A stretch of 57,969 nucleotides of DNA, filler included, from Sphacelaria rigidula (Eukaryota): assembly GCA_964200075.2 (NCBI GenBank). It is 4 parts of 4 records of this genome, joined end to end, with 100 filler letters (N's around TTAATTAATTAA, not from the genome) between each part and the next. Parts side by side here need not be neighbours in the genome. Positions count along the whole stretch, not along the records: positions 29,037 to 43,453 come from CAXNAA020002262.1; positions 43,554 to 57,969 come from CAXNAA020002263.1; 2 more parts are not named here. One strand, written 5' to 3'. A model generated the notes under the pieces. That model searched no databases. It saw only the letters and a program-made list of their open reading frames with translations, and was not told the DNA's origin. Of this stretch, positions 35,401 through 47,462 are shown one piece after another. Every line of letters begins with the position of its first letter. The first letter of the stretch is position 1. A program made the position numbers and the translations under genes.

Positions 35401-38400
35401 TAGGTTTGGATACATGGGGGGGGGGGGGGGGGGGGGGGGCAGACGGCGTGGGGGGGGGGGGGGGCGATGTCTCAAAACTTAAAAGTATTAAANNNNNNNN
35501 NNTTGTTGCTTCGAGTTATTTGGGTTCTGCGTTCGGGGGGTGCGTTTCGGGGGGGGGGTCGGGGGGGGCTTTTCGTGTTTTGCTATACACCGTCAGGTGC
35601 GGTAGACGCGTTATCGCATATGCTTAAAGCTGTACAGTCAGTAAAATGTGAAAGAAGCGGGCGAAGTGCAGTACAGCGCAGGACTCTCTGTTCTCTCTGC
35701 TCACAGTGCGACGTGAAAATAACTTGAACAACGCGCAGCTTTGTACCGCCTGCACTGTCCATGGGCGTGTACGCAAGCCCGCGGTGCCCACCCTGTACCA
35801 CGCGCAGTTCCGTCGCTGCGATCCCTACCATGACATAAGATGCTCAAGTTTTTACCGACATGAAATGCATCATAACCAACTACGGCAGTGTGTATCTATC
35901 CCTGTGCCCAACTCGTGCTCTTTGCTGCAGGGTTGCGGTGGTAGCTGGGAACTAGTGTTGTGGGGTTTGCATGGTTCGATCTGTAAACGGCGGCGGGTGA
36001 AATACATCTGGGGTGGTGGTCTATAGTACAACATTGCTGGGGTCCCAAAAGTGCCCTGGAGACGGTTAGGACGCAAGCGTCGTCCAGAGGTTTGATGCAG
36101 TGCGGTCTCCAGGGGTAATTTTACACACTGTAGAGTACGGTTTCCCCAGAGTGTCCCGGAGGCACCCCTAGTAAAATTATATGTTCAAGGAGATCATGTT
36201 CCCTCTGGCGGCTTTATGTACTCCACTCCAGAGCTATCATGACTCACCGGAAGGTATTTCATCCTCCGGAGGGCTACTTTTCCCTCTGGAGAAAAAACAC
36301 GATAATGGGAGTTCAAGGGGGAGCCAATTGGCCGCGTGTGTGCAGCTGGCGAGGTGGTGGAGCTTTGGGTTTAGAGCTGGTTGAGCAAAAAAGCCTTCGC
36401 CCCTTGATGATGAAAAAAGCGTTGTACCTGTTTTTACCAACTACGATTCAGTGTAGTGACCGTACAGTACTACAGGACATGGTATTGATGTGATGGTGGG
36501 ACAAGAGTCGGTCGTCGTGTTTAGTGTGGCGCGATGAGCTAGGACACTTCTATGTCGTGCGAATTGTGTTCGCCCTTTAATGTTTTGGTCGGTGTTGTAC
36601 GTATTCATCAATATTTGTTTGGGCCGTACATGCGTGATTTTGACGTGATTTTCACTTTTTTATTTTGCATCCGCGCTGTCGCACTCGAGAATGCGCACAC
36701 TGGACAGCTGTCTGCGTCGTGATTGATTCATCCATGATTTTATACTGTACAATACCCTACAGTACACCACGTATGGTAACGTACAGTACCGTTAAGTACA
36801 GTATAACGGTACAGTACAGTACAGTAGAGTACGATACCACGCAGTACCATTGCACGTGGGGAATGCCGAGAACGGTGGCAACCCGAGTTAGGGCACCGAC
36901 GTGTTTGATTCCATGGTAATCGAAAAGACTTCCCGCTCTATACGGGGCGGTAAGCATTTTTTCATGTCTACACTTTCTTCAGTGATGTGAGTCTGACTAG
37001 TTTCGTCGGCGTTTCTCATCCCAAGCTGCAACTTTTTTGGTACTTTCCAGCTGTAGAAATAAACAAGACCAACTCTTCTGGGACCCGTTCAAAATAAAAA
37101 CGTACCCGACTTCAAAATGAAATGTGACAAACCACATCTTATGGAATCAGTGATGATCTTGAACAAAAGTGACCCCCGCTATTTTGAGTTTTGGTCAGTC
37201 GGCGGGTTTCTGATCAGATTGGGTGCCTCATTTTGAACGCTCAACCGACGTTGAGATTTTTCTACCGGGGGAAGAACTAAACTATGGGACATGGCACGTT
37301 TGACTGTGCTGCAGCAAAGAGATAATCACGCCCTCTCTTCGTGGGGTATAGCTGTGACTGTGCTTTTGTGCGTAGTCAGACCGTGCGAAGGCGGTTTGGT
37401 CCGCTAGTATTGCCTGAGCTGCTTTACGTTTGTTATGTTCCGCTCTCTACAAAACAGTTGGAGTCAGCACCCAGTGCTGTCGTGTCCAAGTTGAAACGTC
37501 ACGATGTATGCATTCGCTGAAAAATGTGTATTTCGCAACGGCGCTTCATGCCCGGACCCATTACCCTGTGCTAAAAGCTAGCACTGTAGTGTGGCGCGTT
37601 TGAACCCTACGAAGATCTCTCGACCTGCGGTGGTCACTGCCTGGCCTGCTCTACCGCTGCTGCGTTCCGATCTGTACGGAAATGGGGGTGGAAATACAGT
37701 GTGTATACCTATACAGAGTTGAAAGCGTCACAAGCAAAGTTACGTGATGGTTGTTCAGCCAATTTAGCTTCTTTCGGTACTGTTGTCCGGGTGTAGAACT
37801 GCTCATTTACGATCGTGTGCCAGAATGCATGATCTTTTCTCTCCTTTTAACCCGTGGACAGCGCGGGTAGTCCATCTGCATTATGAATACATTTTCCGAG
37901 TGAAATTGATGCCCATTCAGCACATGACCTACTTTCGCTACGTAAGGGCTAAAACAACGGAGGAGTAAAAACAACCGATCAACATCGGTCACAATACTGA
38001 TTTTCAGTTAGTCCCATAGCGTTAGCCTGGTCTGGTGAGTTTTCAACATGAGCCTCAAAGGCACAGATTTGACCAGGCAAGGTGGTGCGGAACGATCAAA
38101 ACAGTCCGGTTGAGTATCAATAGATGACGCGAAGACATTTGCCAGTACCTGATGGAGGGAGGGGGCGTAGAAATAATCGATGTCCTAGCAGCAACAAACA
38201 TGGAGATAACAGTAACCAACGAACGATACGACACACACGGAAATATTATGGATTTTCGCCGACATCGGGAAACAAGGGCGCCATGCCACACAATGCAACG
38301 GCGAAAAAAGTACGTCCCGGTCACCAGGTTCAAGGATTTCGGCCAACTGTGAACAAGGTCAACATACTGCAATATGCAACACTTCACACCGACCGGGTAC

Positions 38401-39545
38401 ACACCGCAGCGAAAGAAAACCGCGCTCCGATCAACGCCTTCTGCCGGAGAGGCAATTGGCGCGGGCATGCTCAGGCCCAGTAACGCTAGAGCGACCCGAC
38501 AGGTGTCAGGCATGTAGTATCTGGTGTTTGTTCCGACATCTGGTCAGTGGTTGTGTGTTCATCGTATCTGCTTTGGACCGCCGCATGCATTGCGGCCCTA
38601 GTATCTACTGCCCGAGGGTCGTCGTACTACGGTACGCCAACTGCCATCTGCATCCTACCGTGGAGACAGCGCAAGCAATACTGTGTTGTCTATAGCCTGT
38701 ACTGCACGCTGTTCAAATCTACTTCATGTCCATCAGAATAAAGATGGCATAGCCTGTAGCGCGAGTTGCTCGAATCGTTGAATCTCTCGTCTTTTTACAC
38801 CCTTCTGTATGCAGACAGTATAGATTGTCTGCACTCTAATATGCACACTGTACAAGCTTGGCCGCCCCGGAAGCTTACTTTCCCGCGGCCCGTTCTAACT
38901 CACGACTTACCACGAATTGTGACTGACTACCATGACACATGGTGGTAGTCGGCAAATCAACGCACATCTTTCAATCTACGCGGCACTGCGCTCCGACGAT
39001 TTCTCATCAAACTAGATACCAAACTGTAACCACCTTCGAAATATATAGAGTCAAGGGTGACATATGCGACCGGATTAGAAATAAATCGGCTGAAAATCGA
39101 ATTTTCAGTTACAGTCGGTTGTGCCGCGGCCGCAAGTAGTGCTGCCGCAAAAATTGTAATTGTGCGACAAGGATGTCGTACTGTAGCGCGCAGTGTCAAA
39201 TATGTCACGCAGACGAGGCCCCCAGTGCGCCAAGGCGTCTGGTAGTAGTGTGCAAACCGGTGAGCGGTGGGTGAAGAAAGCTTGTAGAGGGCGTCAAATT
39301 TCCGGCTGAAGTTGTTCTCTGAGAGCAAATCAACCGGTTGTGGCCAGAAAAACGCTGTTACCCTGTTCACTTTCAAGTCATTCTTTGTAAAACTTTGACA
39401 TCACGTACATGGGGTATGTGCGAAGACCCTACTCCCCCCCCTTCCCCCTCTCTCTTTTTTCCTCGAGAGTTATCGGTTACAATTTTCAGAACAGTTTTCC
39501 GGCAAACAAATCGTCAATATACTAATACAGGCTGGGCTGCCAAAG

Positions 39546-39666
39546 CCTTAGAGACCCCACTGACGATTTTTTATTTTGTGAACGGGGATCATTTTCAGTC
39601 ATTTTCAAGTCAAAATGATGCCGATTCACAAGAACAAAGATCGTCAGTGGGGTCCCCAAGGGTTAA
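39546..39666. mobile_element. Short piggyBac-like MITE
   Basis: TIR CCTTRGRGACCCCACTGACGAT; right end GGG-TTAA; left TTAA is degenerate. Confidence 0.5.
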
Positions 39667-42225
39667 GAAGCTCACGTTTCTTCAGCCCGTTTTAACTGAT
39701 GAAGTATCGCGAGTTGTGCCTACTACGACACATCGTGGTAATCGGCAAATCAGCGCGCGTCTTCAAACAAAATACCAAACTGTAGTCAAGTGCGAAAGTG
39801 TGTAGAGTTGAGGGTACCATGTGCGGCGGAATTGGCCAAAAGAAGAAGGCTGGGATGGAATTTTTGGTCACAGTCAGTTTTGTGCCGCGTGGTGCCGCAC
39901 AAGCTGTAGCACAATTACCGAGTTCAAAATTTGGTCGTTTTCGATGGAATTTCGACACCATGTACAGGACGTATGTGCAAACACCCCTTCGTTCCTCCCG
40001 CGTGCCTTCTATTTCCCTGCGTGAGTGACTGGCGACGGAACATTTCAGAACAGTCTTTTCCAAACAAAATTGCCAAGAACTCACGAAAAAAAAGCATGGG
40101 AGGAAAGGTTCAGCATTTGCACATGAGTCCTGTACATCGCGTCAAAATTCCATCGAAAACAGCTTGAAATTGAACAGCATAAATGCGTTTGAATGATTAG
40201 GAACTGGTCCACCTCCATATACTCCAGTAACCGGTTGTCGACGGAATGACACACAGTCTTCGCTCAATTTTGGATCGCTTTCGATGGAATTTTGACACTA
40301 TGTACAGGACGTGTGGGCTAAGACCGTACTGTGTGGAAGTCACAAAAACGAATCTGTGCGCAGATAGGGGGGACCTCAGATCCGGAAAAGCTTTGAACAG
40401 ACCCCAATTTGGCCCAAATCGGGGAAGCTCAGATTCGTTGTCGCGATTTGTGAACCGTTTTACACGAATCTGAGCGCAGATCGGTGAAAAATCCAGGTCC
40501 CTCAAATCTGGAGGAAGTGGCGTATGTTCACGTACGGTGATAAGGCAACAGGCGTTTGCTATTTTTTGTGATAACGGCAGCAGACAGTCTCGTAACAGCG
40601 TGCGAGCGCCGGCTGCTGGAGCAGCTCCGCGCGAAGTTTGACAAGCGGATAAGAAGTGTTGACGCCGTACCCTGCGTCGAAGGCAATATTTTATGCTGCA
40701 CCATACTGCTGTATGTATCATCATAACGAACGGTACTGTACTACCCTACAGTCTACTGTCGCTATACTTGCAGGGTGATGAATGACACTGCACTCGTGGA
40801 CTCGTGTCGCACACTGTGCACTGCTCTCGCAATACCGACTGTACCATGATGTATTGTCACACGGCATTATCGTGTACTGTAACTGTGCACTGTACTGTAC
40901 TGCATCAGGGTACCACAGTACGACGCTGCTCTTGAAGGATGATTCCCTGCCTGCCTGTTCTTCGGCTCCACTGTGATACCACACCCGCCCAGAAAATGAC
41001 CGTTTGTGTACAGAACAATTTCAACAAATCTGTGAAGCCATACAGGGGTACACACGGATCTGAGATTCGTGAATCTGAGTCCTCCCGATTCGGCACAGAT
41101 TGGGGTCCCGCCAGATTCGGGATTGGCTGCCATGCAGGTTGGTCTCGCCCCATTTTTCAGCTCACCTCCCACTAATAGTGGTAACTCAACGTGAATTAAC
41201 ATACTGTACTTTCGCGCGAAGCGCGATCTTGGGTTTGTGGAAACGGTTTGATCTCCGCTGGGAATGTCTCGGTTGTTTCATATTGTCACTCTGTTCGTCT
41301 CTATGAAAAATAATGTCAAGTCGGCAAGCAGTGCTTGCTACACCCTGTTGAAACTTACGGTGTGTTGGTTGTTCCGTCTCGAGTCAAGCGAACAAGGCGC
41401 TCTCCAAATCTATAATTCCCATGCTGTGACGCTGTGCTGTTGTGCATCTAAACACTCTACGGCAATCACGGTGCGATGTGCGGTGGAGAGTGCCTGAGCA
41501 GTTGTACTGCTGCATGCGATGTTTCGATCTGCACGTAATTGGAGTGGGATCAAAGTTCTGTACAAAGAAAAGTTGGAACAATCGTCACGTGACGGCTGTG
41601 CAGTCGTCTGTTGCATCTTCTCTGGTACTTCAGTTATAGTCGGGTGCTGTGATCGGGGAAGACACGCAAGGCGGGTGCGTGCAGGTTGGGGCAAACAAAC
41701 TGAGCCAGCACGGATCTGCTGTATCCTCGTTTGTTGACGGTAGCAGCTCTCGCAGCGGCGCAATGTGTGGGTCAATCAAAGCTACTTTTCGACTCATATT
41801 TCACTCGTTTTCTCATCTGATTGAACAAAGGTCGCCGCATTTTCGTGTGTTTCAATACTGTGATTCGTCGAAAACCTTTCCACTCATAATTTTTGCCCCT
41901 ATCTGTGGGCCCAGTGCCAATTTTCATTTTTCACCCTTCACTTGTTTGTGTTTTTGGTAAGTTGTCAGCCACGGTAAATTTCAGAACAGTTTTTGGAAAC
42001 GGAATCGCGAATAACACACAAAGAGATGTAAAACGGGGGAAAGTTGTAGCATCCGCGCATAGCTCACGTACGCCGTGTCAAAAATTCAAAGAAAACGACT
42101 GAAGCTTGAGCAACATCATTGCGGTTCAATTCCTGTTTGCTTGAGTGGTCCAGCTGGTATCCGTTCACATTTTTTACCATAGTACGAGTACATGGTTGAC
42201 ATACCATCCCACGGGACTGTCAGTC

Positions 42226-42313
42226 AACTGTCGTACCTAAACAAGGGCCTGCGCTCGAAGGGCAAAATGAGAACTGTCGTACCTGAACAAGGACCGGCGC
42301 TCGAAGGGCAAAA
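42226..42313. repeat. About 46-bp tandem duplication
   Basis: AACTGTCGTACCTRAACAAGG..C.GCGCTCGAAGGGCAAAA occurs twice. Confidence 0.75.
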
Positions 42314-43400
42314 CAATGATTCGACCAAGAGGTAATACGAGTTCATAGTATCGCCCACCGGCAGTTATAGGTCTAGGATGAGATTCGACGAAGAGAGAGT
42401 AGGTTGCCTAGGACGGAGTTAGCCAGATGTAAGAGACAACCTCGACCACATGCTTACAACTTAAAATAGTTTCCATACGCACACAATATATAAATATAAC
42501 CCCTGAGACGTGCATTCTAGACGAGCAGGTGAGAACCAGACGTGTTTGGTGATACCCGTCCTACTTTCGCAGCTGAAAGCATTGACTTGGACGATACTAG
42601 AGCTAATCTCACCTAGCGAGTTAGACCTGAAGGCGTTTGGGAAACAATAGAGAGAAGCTGCGGGCAGGGGAAGTATGGTACGGTGTCTGCTGTGGTGAAC
42701 GAACGTGGACGTGGAAGTTGGCATGTGAGTTCATAGTTCCTGGTCGTTTTATAATAATTAAATCAGCTATGTTTTGGTTGTTTTCCATGACGTTTTAACG
42801 TATTTAATTCGGCATATCGGGTTACTTGTGTTGGTGAACAGGCGTTCGCTACAACAGTGCTCGAGCCCCATGTACCACAAAAAGTTCAACAAGATTTGAA
42901 AAAATGCGCGCAGGGGGGGTGGGGGGCGGAGGGGGGGGGGGTTCCAGGCTCAGTCTGGGCTTCTTTTCCCTCCGCTAACTGGCTACAGCCCAGGACAGAA
43001 ATGATAGTCGCCCGTCGTTTTTCTTGAAAAACGAATGAGACGATTTTTTTGTCCCCCACAGGGAACACAAAGCCGAGCGTTAAGTGCACAACACCGAGCC
43101 TGAAGTGAAACACACCCTCCTCGTATACGCATATCCGCCTGAGAGACAGACAACACCCGCTCAACTCCCGAGGTGTTGGGGTATGCGGGTGTGACCTGTT
43201 TGCGAGTGTGCAGGCGACGGGACACATTGCTGTTGTTCAACGAACGTGACGAGAGCAAGAACTCCGAAATATGAACCGACGAAATCAAACTAACTCCTCA
43301 AATACAGGTCTACCGCGGTAGCTAGTGGTACCGAGTACTGCTGACACTTTCTACGATACCCCCCCCCCCAAAAAAAAAAAAAAAGTGGCCGAAAGGGCAA

Positions 43401-43453
<53 letters not shown>

Positions 43454-43553
43454 NNNNNNNNNNNNNNNNNNNNNNNNNNNNNNNNNNNNNNNNNNNNTTA
43501 ATTAATTAANNNNNNNNNNNNNNNNNNNNNNNNNNNNNNNNNNNNNNNNNNNN
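43454..43553. other. Artificial contig spacer
   Basis: Identical 100-nt spacer. Confidence 0.97.
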
Positions 43554-43619
43554 TTTTTTTTTTCTGCCTTCGTTGTTTTGTTTTTTTTTTTTTTTGCTCT
43601 GTCCTTTCTTCTTCTTTTC

Positions 43620-43850
43620 CCTTTTTTTTTTTTTTGGTCGGTCATTTCTTTCTGTGCTTTTGCTTGTGTTGAATTTTTTTTTACCTTTTATTTTTTTTTG
43701 TTACGACTGAGTCTGCTATATCGTTCTGTTCGATAACCCTTTTTTTCTTTCTGTTTCTTCTTTTTTCTCAGAGCGTGTTTTAGTTTCGTTTTTCTTGGGT
43801 ATGTCTATTATGAGACCACGGCTGGATCCCTTGGGGGTCAGTTAAAGTAC

Positions 43851-43905
<55 letters not shown>
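43620..43905 (+). mobile_element. Retroposon 3' end with long (CAAT)n tail
   Basis: Same family as 1394-2250, 49080-49325 and 50525-50660. Confidence 0.65.
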
Positions 43906-43907
<2 letters not shown>

Positions 43908-44189
43908 CAATGAAAATCTAATAATGTACAGAGTCCGTCTAGCTGTGAAGCCACGAACTGAGATTTCGCCCCAGGGTTGCAACCCCTGCAATCAACGCAG
44001 CTCACTTACCCGGAATAACATCCATCAGAATGAACAACCGGACTAATACTATCCGTCGGAATTCCGCAAGGAGGGTTATCGGCAATTTTGTGACCATGAT
44101 CAATCGTCCAAGGAAATTGTGTCATGGCTGAGAATCGAACCGCGGGCTTTAGCTTTAATTGGGACTGTACCCGCGTTTTTCGCACTGTA

Positions 44190-44448
44190 CGACACTTTCT
44201 ACGATGGTCCCTCCCCTCCACAAAGAGGCTGGTTTGGGGAGGTAAAATCTTCACGTAAATCGAAATAAAAAAAGCCTAGCACAACGACCAGCTGGGAATT
44301 CCTACGCTTTGGTTCGTTTGTGCCAATGTCGCCAGCATGAGGCGCTTCGTCCAGCCTGAAACCGAACACCCGGCGCTGTACGGCCATTTTCTTCGTGGCA
44401 GTTTTGGGCTGTTTTGTTTTGGGCGGGGGCCTATCGTAGAAAGTGTCG
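44190..44448. mobile_element. Tc1/mariner-like MITE
   Basis: TIR CGACACTTTCTACGAT with TA flanks; related termini at about 43343 and 57868, and near position 60-110. Confidence 0.75.
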
Positions 44449-45429
44449 TACATACCGTCTGGGATCTCTGTTCGCAGCTCTGATAGCTTGCTCACACCTT
44501 CGTCAGCCACACGGGGGAGCGAACTTATTCAGTAGCAATCGTGTCAATTGTGGCACACGGAATGAATGCAGAGGGGTTCGCGTGGCTGGGTTACAGTACT
44601 CATCAATTTCACACACGCTTCGTGAGCAATTTGGTGGAGCGAACATGTTGCCGAGAGTGGCATGCACACATGTTGCCATGTTGACGTTGAGGGCGCTCAC
44701 ATGACACTTCACGGCCTTCAGCAATAACACTCAAAGAGACCCCTTGCCGCAATACGTCGCTCGATTCCCCCACCCCCCTTACCGTCGTAAGGAGAACATC
44801 ACTCCGAAAACAAACGGTCGAAACGAGAGTCAGGCCCATGACTATCGACACTGTTTTCCCGGAAAAATTCGAAACTTTCGGACAGTGGTGATCCTCGAAA
44901 ACTTGCGAGCGCCAAAGCTTACACACAGCAGCTCTCCGAAGTGCTGGGTTATAGTTCTAAATTCTTCAGACTCGCCCCAAAATGAATTTTTGGAGGAAAA
45001 ATTAAGCTGCTTCATTGTTGCAGAAGCCCGAATGCAGGGTCCGACATGTCTGAAAAATTGAGGTCTCCGAAAAAACGATGTCGAAAATATTGGGCGTCAA
45101 TCGATGTTGATTTTTCACAGATTTCTGTTCTCTATACGAGCATCTATTTTAAGTTAGAGACACGCTCAGAATCTCCTCCGCTCTCGGAACGGGTATTCAT
45201 CGACATCACAAGTTCAACTGCGGGAATGGGCTATGACCAATCTGGATGGATTCTCTGATGCCTCGTGTAGTGCGAAACAGAACATCTATCGTCGTCCCCC
45301 CCGACGAGGGGTTTAGAATTTGCTTGTCCTAATGTTAACATACATCGAAAAAGTATTGAAAGAAAAAAGGATGAAATGGAAACGAAATGGAGGGGAAAGC
45401 CTAAAGCAAACCGGAACAGGTACGGTGTG

Positions 45430-45625
45430 AAAAGGAAAGGAAAGGGAAGGAAAGGAAAGGAAAGGAAAGGGAAGGAAAGGATTGGAAATGAACGGACGGA
45501 AAATGAACGGATCGAAAATGAACGGATTGGAACAAGACGAGAGGAGACGAGACGGGAAGAAACGAAACGAAACGAAACGAAACGAAACGAAATAGAACAA
45601 AACGAAACGAAACGAAACGAAACGA
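45430..45625. repeat. Compound (GGAAA)n/(GAAAC)n microsatellite
   Basis: Pentamer arrays visible directly. Confidence 0.9.
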
Positions 45626-45872
45626 AGTGCATCAGAACGAAACTAATTCGGACCATATCGATGAACGCCGAACTAGACCCGCTGAAACCAACGCAAAACC
45701 TCAAACAATCTGACCCGAATCCCAACCCCAACATAAGAAGTACCAAATGCTGTAACATCAAGATCAAAGTGCTAGTAATAGTACACGAAAGTGGAAGCAC
45801 TGCACAGAACTGCAAAAAAAAAAACCGCAACCACTTCTTGCCATCATAATGCTCCACACCCTCCCAAAACAG

Positions 45873-47405
45873 GTGGCGCACACGGCAGAAGATGCCCTCG
45901 GCATCTTGCGAACCGGCACATATCAAGTGGCCGTGGTAGATCTACACATGCCAGTCATGTCAGGCGAGCCCCTTACTCAACTATAGCCTCGGCGACGGAA
46001 GATTGTGTACTCGTGAATATCCAGTTGGGCTTCCGTGCGTAGCTCTCACGATGGTAGCTGCGGACATCGATATACTCGCGAAAAAGTACGTGGCTGCATT
46101 GCCACATGTAGATGTTCGACCGTTAACAGCCGATCATCGAAATTGAGGGTGGAGCTTTTCATTGAGGATGAGAAACCGGAGACTTCATCTCTTGGTATCC
46201 ACACCAAATCTTCGATATGGGGTTTCGTTCCTTCACTTTCTGGCAGCCATTGACAACTGTTACATGCCCTACAAATTTGGATATCGATAACCGAAATGTA
46301 GGGGTCCCAGGTGAAGAAAAGGTTTTGGGGGATTTAGGTGATCCGATCGGATTGCCGACAGTTCCCCCAAACTTTTTTTTCACCTAGACCCCAACATTTC
46401 GGTTATCGAAATCCACATTCGAATGGCGTGTAGTATTTGTCAATAGCTACCAGTAGGTGAAGGAATGAAATCAAATTTCGAAGATTAGGTGTGGATACGA
46501 AGATTTTAATCATCCGGGTTCTCATCCTCAATGAAAAGCTCCATCCTCAATTTCGATGATGGGCTGCTCGTTGCCTTTGCATCATTTCAACATATCTTTG
46601 CCTATCAAAACGCCAAAAACCCGCAAGTTTGCAGTGGGCTTACTCTTGGGCATCACCGAAGAGAAGATCCCGAGGAAGGGGGTTGAATATAAAAGTGAGT
46701 TGCACCTCGAAAACAATGCTTTTCCTGTCCAGAAGTCCGGACAGGGGGCTTTCACATGGATGCCCTCATGCCGCCCGACCTCTCTGAGACTATTTTTGGG
46801 TGGTTCCGCCTTCTTTTCCCCCAAAAGGTATGCACGAAAGCACAATTTTGTCTCGATTTCAGGGTTAAAAAGGGGACGCTTTTCAGCCCGAAAATCGTGC
46901 TTTCGCATACACCTTTTGGGGAGACGGAAGACGGATCCCCGAAAATAGTTTTAGGGAGGTCGGGGGGCATGAGGTCATCCATATGAAAGTCATTTGTCAC
47001 GACTTTAGGTCAGGCAAATCATTGCTTTGGAGTTGAACCTCATTCAAATGTTCAACTCCGTTTCCCAGGATCTTCTGATGCGGATATAATTGTCATGGGA
47101 CATTCGATATGGAGTATGAGGGTGCACCTATATTTATATTTATATCTGTATCTTTATTATCATCCATATTTATGTCAAACTTTAACTATAACTATGTCTA
47201 TATCGATTACATTCGATTGCAGAATGCTCCTGCAGTACGAGGAAACGCCGACTTTCCAATGCCTGGAATACACTGTACTGTGAATCCGCGTTTTTTGCAA
47301 ACAGTCTGTAGTTGTTGTAACTGTTGTAGTTATTGTAGTTATTGTAGTTGTAGTCGCTGTTACTGTGTTGTTTGTTGTTTGTTGTTTGTTGCTGTTGTTG
47401 TTGTT

Positions 47406-47462
<57 letters not shown>

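Noticed and set aside
38124..38483. Coding-looking stretch in contig 3
   Set aside because: Stops and frame changes, no recognisable motif; possibly a TE relic.
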